Shown here piece by piece: positions 55,992 through 64,000 of a stretch of 64,000 nucleotides of DNA. Position numbers and translations under genes: made by a program. Source of the DNA: Craspedostauros australis (Eukaryota); assembly GCA_030167865.1 (NCBI GenBank), contig JALAGF010004376.1, positions 1 through 64,000 of the forward strand, in the 5' to 3' direction. Below the pieces are notes generated by a model. That model saw only the letters and a list, made by a program, of their open reading frames with translations. It had not been told where the DNA came from and searched no databases. Numbering within the stretch: the stretch's first letter is position 1; the number at the start of each line of letters is the position of its first letter.

Positions 55992-56516
55992 CGTGTTGCA
56001 GACTAGCGCCGAATGCCATGCACCATACTACGAGTAGTTGTGTTACTCTCCACTATTTGGTGCAGAGAGTATACGCTTTGCAACAGAAGAGAAACCGCAG
56101 CAAATAGGACGTGTTCCTTCAATCATTTCGTTCTAGTTTCCCATCCATAGCATGAGGACGACACAAATGACAAGGGGTGACACCTGTGCGACAAGGGTGT
56201 GACACAATGTAATGAGGATGACGTAAAATTCAAAACCATCTTCGCCAGGAAACGCCACCACCGAAAGAAATGAAGAGAAACCACGATTTGCGAGTGAAAC
56301 CATGAGGCGTTGAGTGTGGGGACCAATCCACCAAAAATCATCCCCTAATTCTGCCGCCATCAACATTGACAACTGCCGCTCCGCTCATGTGAGCGCCCTT
56401 GCAGCCTCCATTTGCCACCACCTTTGCTTACCTTTGCTTTGGCTTCCTTTCCTGGCCATCGCCACCATCGTCGCGATTCCTCAGTGCGGATTGAATCAGT
56501 GATCTGAGGACGGACC

Positions 56517-59500
56517 ATGGCGAAACAGGTCATCATTGCGAGTAAGTTCACTTGCTTCTGTGCTTCGATATCAAAGAGAGAGGCTGTGGGTGTTGCTTCT
56601 GTCTCCGTTCGCTCGCCCCATTGGTCCTGCACCATACTAATGCGCACGAGTATGCGCATAGAGGTATGACTGTGGTACGGCCGCATGGATGCATGGGCAG
56701 TGAAGTACCATGCGCTCTGTCGGCAAGGGCGCTGCCGTTGCTTGCATCCTCACATCGATCGATGGCGCAATTGATGCCATGTCAGCCTGTTTCACTCACC
56801 TCATTCTTTTGACAACCGTTGGCAACGGACTGTCTACACTTTCTCGCTACTCTCCGCGCTGCTCTCCACTGGGCAACCCAATACAACCCAACACGACACG
56901 ACACAACACAACACAACACAACACATGCGTTTGCAGCTCTGGAGGAGATCCTCGGAGAGTACTTGCTCAATGTCGACAATGAGAAGGTCCGGTTTCAGGC
57001 TCTGCGAGGAAAGATTAAATTGGAAAATGTGCAGCTGGATGGCGACCTGCTAGGAGGACATATACTCAGCGCGATTGGGTTGCAGGGAGTCGGCGTGCTA
57101 TCATGCTACGCGAAGTCCATCAAGCTCACAGTGCCGCTCACAAACCTCGAGAAGGAGCCTACGCGGTTTGAATTGAACGGCATCCATCTGCTGTGCGTGC
57201 CCTTGCTGCCATCCACGGCTCACAAACGCTATGGTGCTGGGACGTCGCTGGATCCGAGGTGTTCCCTGCGTACCAGAGCCAAACGATGTAAATTGGCCAG
57301 ATTTGAACGTCTCTACATGTCCGGCGAGATTCCGGGCGAGGGACCACCCGCGCAACGCGTGCTGCGAGCCGCGCATCAGGTCGAAAAGGAGCTGGAACGA
57401 AGGAGGAAAGCAATGAAATCACGATCGCAGCAAAGTAGCAACAGCAAAACCAGCAGCAGCAGCGTCGCAACCTCCATGGAATCGTCGATGTTTGATTCGT
57501 TGGCATCCGACCTGGGCGTGGCCGACACGCCCGCAACCCCAGCAACCGAATCCGGCGAAGCCACGAACGAACGCGGACGAGCAGATTTTGAGATACCGGA
57601 GCTGCCGAAGGATTGGAAGAGGAAACTGAAGGATAAGGCGCTGAGGAACATGGAGGTCACGCTTGTGGACCTGCACATTCGATGCGAGGTGCCGGAAGGA
57701 GGCTTGGACTTCTGCCATGCAGAGTTTCGGACCACGCTGGGAGAGAAGCTTGGGCGCAGTCCATCTTCCGGAAAGCTTCGTGCGGATCAGCGGGCCTTTG
57801 CGGTTGGAATAACCATGGATAAGTTCACGTACCGCACGGCGAACGAGAAGTGGCAGGCCGGTAGCCATGAGAAGTCGGCAGCAACCATCGTCACGAACCA
57901 CCTTGGCCCCAACCCGTACGACGCACGCAACAACAAGCTCCTGTCCCTCGACAACGCTAGCGTTTACTGGGATGACGACCCACGCTTCCTCCTTTCGGGA
58001 ACTCACCTCATGACGAGCGCAAATGTCAAGCTCTCGTCCGAAAAGCTCTTCGCCCGCATTGTGGCAGCGATGGAAGCGCTGTACCTCGATCAAGAACCAG
58101 GCGCGAGGATACGGGAATTATTCCAGGCGAAGTCACTCTCGAAGCAGAGCAGCAGCGTCAGCAACGCCACCAGCAATGGATCTCGACGGGAAGACCAACC
58201 TCGTCCACATCAGTACATCACGCACAATCTCTGCTGCACCATACGGCACAAGCTCAGCAATCGGATGGACGCAGGACCCATGTCGGCATTGTTTGAATTT
58301 CTGCCGGTCCATTTGGATCTCAAGTTCCGGCCGTACCAGTACGTGCAGTACCAGAAGATGCAGCGCACCATGCTCTCCCAGAAGCGGTTTGACACCATGC
58401 TGCGCCAGCGCCCAACCGTCAGCCCCAAGGTCAATGCGAGAGTGTGGTGGAAGTACGCAATCGCTTGCGTCACGACGCGGCCCACCAGCAGATCATGGCA
58501 GGATGTGCAGACGATATCCAAGCGCAGAAAGCGCTACCTCCAGCTGATCATCAAGAAGATGTCCCGCCGGCCCAACGAAGGTTCCGGATTCCATGCCGGA
58601 TTGTCGGACACCGAAAGTGCGGAGCTACTTGCCATGGAAGAAATGCTACCAATCGAAGCCCTCATGACGTTCCATCTCATAGCACTGCGACAATTCATCA
58701 AGATGGACGAGCAGCCCAAGCCGACCGAAGAAAAGAAGGCAACTGTCCTTCCCAAATCGCCAAGCCGGACCAGGGCAATGGGTCGGTCCATCAAGCGGAT
58801 ATTTCGAGGCTCAAAGTCGAACAGCAGTAGCAGCACCAATACCGGCAATCACCCCGTTGCCAACTCCATCGACGCGACTTTGAGGGAGGAGAAGAAGATG
58901 GAAGACTATCAACAGACGCAAGCCCTGTTGGAATCACCACAGAAGACATCGCTTCATCATGGCATGGCGGAAGAGCCGACGACGGAATCGCTCGTGAAGA
59001 TCTTTCGGGAGAAACTGTCGAGGAAGAATTGGTTCACGAATGCCAAGCTGTTCCATGGAAAGATCAGTATCACGCTGCTGTCGGAGGCTGATGAGGCCAT
59101 CATCGTGCTGGATGCCGAGTTGATCGGGACGATTCAGACGTTGGGCGAAGGCAAGGTCGATTTCTTCTTCGATGTGATGAAGTTCGAAATCGTCGGCACG
59201 CAGCGAGATTCCCAGCAGCAGGACACCTTCGAGCACGGAAAGATTCTTGTCGTGCAGGCGAAGGAAGAGGTGGAGTACGAGCAGTCAGACGATGACATGA
59301 CGTTAGCAGATCTGCTGGAATCACCGTCCGGAATCGACAAAGATTCGTTGTTTGGTTTCATGGACCTACCACCGATCGGGACCGTGTGCAGACTCGCCGC
59401 AGCGAAAGAGATGAATGCGTTCAAGTTCAGCTTCGCAGCTCACCCAGCAACCTTGATCTGGACAAAGCCGTGCTTCGATGCTGTCGCGGAATTCTTCGGG

Positions 59501-62500
59501 GCGCCCACGACAGAGATGCAGACCGAACTCACCAACGATCTCCGGATGGCTGCCACCCCGCTGGCGCGCAAGGCGCAGCATGCCTTGCAGTCGCCGTCAA
59601 CGCTCCTTGTCCACGTCAACGTGGCAGCACCAAAGCTGTGGGTGCCAATGTCGGCGCGAGGCAAGGACGGTGCACTCTTCCTCGATGCTGGACATTTCAA
59701 GATGTCCAGCATACGGAACGAGGGTGAGTCCCACGCTCGATGGAACATCAACGCAAGCGATATGCAGGTCAATTTCGCGAAGTTTCAGCAGTATCGTGGC
59801 ATGGGTACAGCGCACAGCCGCATGATGTTCAGCTCGTTGGATGGAGTAGCGACGCGGTCCACATCTGCCATCATCCGACCATTCCAAGTCAACATGCAGA
59901 TGAGCGTGACCGAGCTCCCGGATCCCATCACGCTGGCGGATGCACAGCGAACGAAGTACACGGGGACTGTTGACTATATCCACGTCAGCATCAGCCCGAT
60001 CCGTTTGAATCTCGTGGACGCCGAAGTTTTGGCGCGGGCGCTGGGCAAGTGGTACGCGCAGGGCATCGTGAGGGTGCGAACGCGCATATCATCGAGAGTG
60101 AAGAGCAAGAAAGCTACGAAGGGTGACGTGGACGATGTGATGACTTTCTTAAATCAAAATGATGCAAGACCGAACCATCTCACCTTGACGGTGGAGAAGG
60201 TGGAAGTGGCTTTAGAGGGTCATTCTAAATCATCGTTCCAGTCCGACGAAAAGAGCATCGCATCCAACGAGACATCCCTGATCGACTTCGCCCTTCCTAC
60301 GCGCACGTACGTCGTCGAAGTTTTCCGCATCCTGATCAAAAGATCTCAATTTCTGAATTCCACTGCCACAACGCTGGATGTCATGGATGCCTCGATCGTA
60401 CAGTTGAAGGACCCCAAGGAGTACAATCCGATGAAATCAAGGCACGAGGCGAAAGAGCTGCAATTCGCGATCCTCCAGCGAGGACAACTCCAGCGAGACG
60501 AAATCCCTCGCAGACGATCCATGTCGCCGCAACGGCGGAGAGGAAGGGGACCTCATCACACCAACAGACAGGACACGATCCTGAAGGCCAGACTGTACCA
60601 TGATGGCCGAAATCACTTGGATGAAGTCGAGGTGGATGTCGATTCCTTGGTGCTGCGCGTAACACCAACGTCACTGAAGGACTGCGCCAAGGGTATCCGG
60701 AAGGTTGCGGAGCTTGTTCAGCTGATGACGAAGGAAATGGAACGCAAGGTCCACGAGGAAGGTCGCATGGCGCGAGAAAAGGGACGCAGCCGTAAGTACC
60801 ATCAACAATGCGCCACGATGACAGCAACTGCATTCGTATCCACGTCCAAGTATGCTCGTTGACGCTACTGCTCATTCACTCATTCATTCAATCGTCCATC
60901 TGCCCATTTCCATTTGTCCACGTTGTTTTTCATCCATCCATTTGATTCTTTGTCCATCCACTTGTTCCCACGAAAACCAACTGCATATTTGCATGATGCC
61001 ATCGCCAATGCCCGACGTCGCAGTCGCAGACCTGGATGACATCCAGCAAAGTGGGTCTGGCAGCAGGCCTGAATCTCCTGCACAGTCGCTGACATCAGAC
61101 TCATCCGATTTGCAGCAGGCTAAGTCAGATGGCAGCACATCACCCTCCGACTCGAGCTTGTTGCTGAAGGTGACGTTGCGAGAGAGCACGATCCTGGCTG
61201 GACGCCCGACGGGCATCAAAAGGAGAGGCGGTCGTGCCAGCACGCCGATGCGACGGTCGTCGGCCAACATCAAGAAGCAGAAGATGTCATTCGCGGTGGT
61301 GCAAGTTTTGTCGAATGCGCTGATTATGTTTCAGTCCATCGAGAACGACGATGGCAGCGGATCGAAGACTCTGCATGTGAGCCTGGACAACATGTCTGCA
61401 TCTGTGGACACGCACTTCGAACAGATCCCGCTTTCGCACGAGAATCCCATGGTCGGTCCAACAGGCGCCGAATTTCGCGTTGTGTACGCGACGGAGAATC
61501 TCGGCTGGGTGGTTTCGCAAGATATCTCATTCGACTGCGAGCACTTGAAGGCGTGCATGACGCCCAACGATATGTCTGTACTATTCACCGTCATCAGGAT
61601 CATGATTGATCGACTGAAGCCGTCGATGCCCACCGAAGAGGATGAATCGCAGAAACCGAAAACGAAGAGCTTCCTCTCATCTCTCGTGAAGTACCAGAAG
61701 AATGGGTCGGGCATTGCAACGCGCATCAGAGTTGAAGTCCAGACGCTTTCGTTCGTCATGCTACAAGCATTCCGATCGAAGTACGGCACCCCCGAATTTC
61801 TGTCCTTCAATCTCAAGGACATGAAGGTACGGCTGGACGGGTGCATATCGGCCCTCTCGGGTGACTGCGTGGTGGAGCTGTCTTCGGACTTTTTCAACCC
61901 GGAACTCCGTGACTGGGAGTACGCCGTGGAACCCTTCCTCCTCAACGTCGCGGTGGATCAAATGCCAAACGAGCTGATCCTCGACCTGTCCTCGCAGGGG
62001 CCGTTGCTGGTGAATCTCACGGGCGTCTTCCTGAAGGCATTCACGGAGATGGATTTTGATCTGCTGCGAAAACAAGGGCAGCCGGAAGATCTCCTGCAGT
62101 CCGAGGCTCTGACCTCTGCGTTGTCCACAGTTGGTCTCCGCCGAGCCACAGAATCACACAACATCTCCATCCACAACCACACGGGGTTGGACATCGTTGT
62201 CGACATGCCGAACGTACCAGCCATCAGCGAAGGCAACGTGAGGTTCGATTCCATTGGATTTGGACTGGTGAAGAGCGGCAGGAGTGCATCGCTTGACACA
62301 ATCTTTGACTTTATCGATGACGAAGGCATTACTAAGTCATCAACGACGTTGCGCATGAACCTTGCAACTTCGACCAAGGGCATCATCGGCGATCGCCAAC
62401 CCATCATTGGACTCCCCATCGCTTCATCGTCTTCGGACAAGGTATCCACGTTGCACATCCTCCAGCCTTTGATGGATGCAAGCGGTTTCTGGCCAGGGAA

Positions 62501-63777
62501 CCATACCGATGGAAGGAACAGCCCCGAGACGGTGACCACGGTCAGGACCGACGGGTCACGCTCTGATTTCGCCTACTATCACGCTGAACCGGTGGTTGAA
62601 TGGTGCATGCAGAATCAGCGGCTTCGGTCAAGCACGTCTGATCTGTACAGTTTGGGAAAAGGCAAGGATCTGCTGTCCTCGACCATGTGGTCACCCGAAG
62701 AAGAGTACAGCATCGACACCATAGATCTCAGCCAGTTCCAAGGCAACGTCGCGCCTGTGGATTCATTCCTGGACGACCAGCGATCCCAGCGCCAAGTCTT
62801 GACACCCATCCGGAAATCGAAGTTCGCACCTCACAAGAGCAACTGGTTGAGACCTTACCTGAAGAACGACTCTCCGGAATGGACCGACATGACATGCATC
62901 CTGAAGATGGCCAGGGACAGAGTCATGCTCCCAGACAGTAACTGGATCTGGGTGAACGACTGGACCGTGGATCTGAGCGGTGAAATTGGAATCTCCACCG
63001 ACTCGGATGGATGGGAATACGAGGCGGACTTTGAAACGTTCACGCGGGACCGCCGGTGCTACAGACGAGGCGACGCATCACGGCGGCGGCGTTGGACTCG
63101 AACGAGGATAGTCAGACCACCTCGCTTGGACGATCCAATGCGCCTGCTGAAGGTTGTTTGGGAGACGTCGCGCGATAAACACGGCAATTTCATGATCGAG
63201 GTCAAAAGCCACGTGTCCATTCACAACAACACCGCCTCACCGTTGTCGTTCTTTGCCTTCAGCCCGTCGTGGAACGAGGAACAATGCATCGGTCCGGCAG
63301 ATCCAGGCAAGACGATCCCTGTCCCCGTCACGCTGGCTTCCGCTGTCTTCCTGCGTCTCGCCAAGCGCAAGTCGAGCCAACAGTCGTCCTCCATCCAGGA
63401 CTATTTGACGACGAGAAGGCTCATGATCCTCCCAACGGGCTACAATTCGACAGTCTGCCTGCGGTCAACGCTTTCGCTGGACGACGTATCGGAAAAGAGC
63501 CTCAACTTCTTGGTTCGAGTCGTCAGCAAGGAAGGTGCCGTGACCATAACGGTTGATCCCGTGCTCAAGGTGATCAATCTCCTCCCCTGCCAGTTGGAGT
63601 GTCAGCTTGGTGAGGTCCTGCGACCGGCAGACAAACGAAGCGAAGACCTGCGGCCGTCCATCTCCAGAAACGAACAAACCCGCATCACAAACGTTGATAC
63701 ACTGGCCATTGCTAGTGGGCAAGAAGGCAAATGCATAGCAGTCAATCCTGCCTCAAAGCCACATATCTCTCTTCGAG
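56517..63777 (+). CDS. VPS13: VPS13-family lipid-transfer protein, 5' part; exons 56517-56541, 56937-60791, 61024(or 61030)-63777; continues beyond the window
   Basis: The phase-1 splice gives a chorein-N start MAKQVIIATLEEILGEYLLNVD..GKIKLENVQL. Further motifs: LHIRCE, RP......ARVWWKYAI, APKLWVP..LFLDAG, DFFNPELRDWEYAVEPF, VAB-like IHNNT..L and VINLLPCQLECQ. Donor G|gtaagc at 63778. Confidence 0.9.
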
Positions 63778-64000
63778 GTAAGCGCATTCGAGAATCGTCC
63801 ATCGTGTACTTGTGCCGCGCCGACTGCTCTGCCTGCATGCCCGCAGATGTTCTATCTGCTTCGCAGGAGCTCTCTCTTCGCAATCGGTTGCTCTCAGCCA
63901 TGTACTCGTAAGGTCTCTTCGTGGATTTTGCCTCCACATACGATTGCGGCATTCTCTTCGTGCTTTATTACTATTGCCATCCTCGCATTGGTGTTCCAAC

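Noticed and set aside
61021-61030. Tandem in-frame acceptors (cag|tcgcag|ac) in VPS13 intron 2
   Set aside because: Only a two-residue difference in a disordered linker; treated as model ambiguity.

Overview
Eukaryotic nuclear DNA, most likely a diatom. Evidence: GT-AG introns of about 0.2-1.1 kb, microsatellite-rich introns and intergenic DNA, and two genes with a signal peptide ending in ASA-F, the diatom bipartite plastid-targeting motif. I reconstructed 19 protein-coding genes (one running off the window end) by joining ORFs across splice sites, checking phase by hand. They encode: a SWEET transporter; an SGF29-like tandem-Tudor protein; syntaxin-18; a plastid two-S1-domain protein; a PSRP6/cL38-like protein; a signal-peptide EHD/sarcalumenin-like ATPase; Sec22; a CPPED1-like phosphoesterase; a coiled-coil protein; a cyclin Y-like protein; a COPI-associated/EF-hand membrane protein; a Cys-rich repeat cell-surface protein; three QSOX-like sulfhydryl oxidases; a Zn-finger regulator; a histidine phosphatase; a dual-specificity phosphatase; and the 5' part of a VPS13. 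There is also one clear pseudogene and two possible decayed CDSs. The best candidate for an undescribed system is 30.7-39.4 kb. There, a secreted, probably GPI-anchored protein with four copies of an 8-Cys repeat I do not recognise lies head-to-head with tandem QSOX disulfide-forming enzymes, one carrying a large acidic/KxxK/His-repeat insertion. I recognised no rRNA, tRNA, CRISPR array or intact transposon. All family calls come from motif recognition; no database search was run.
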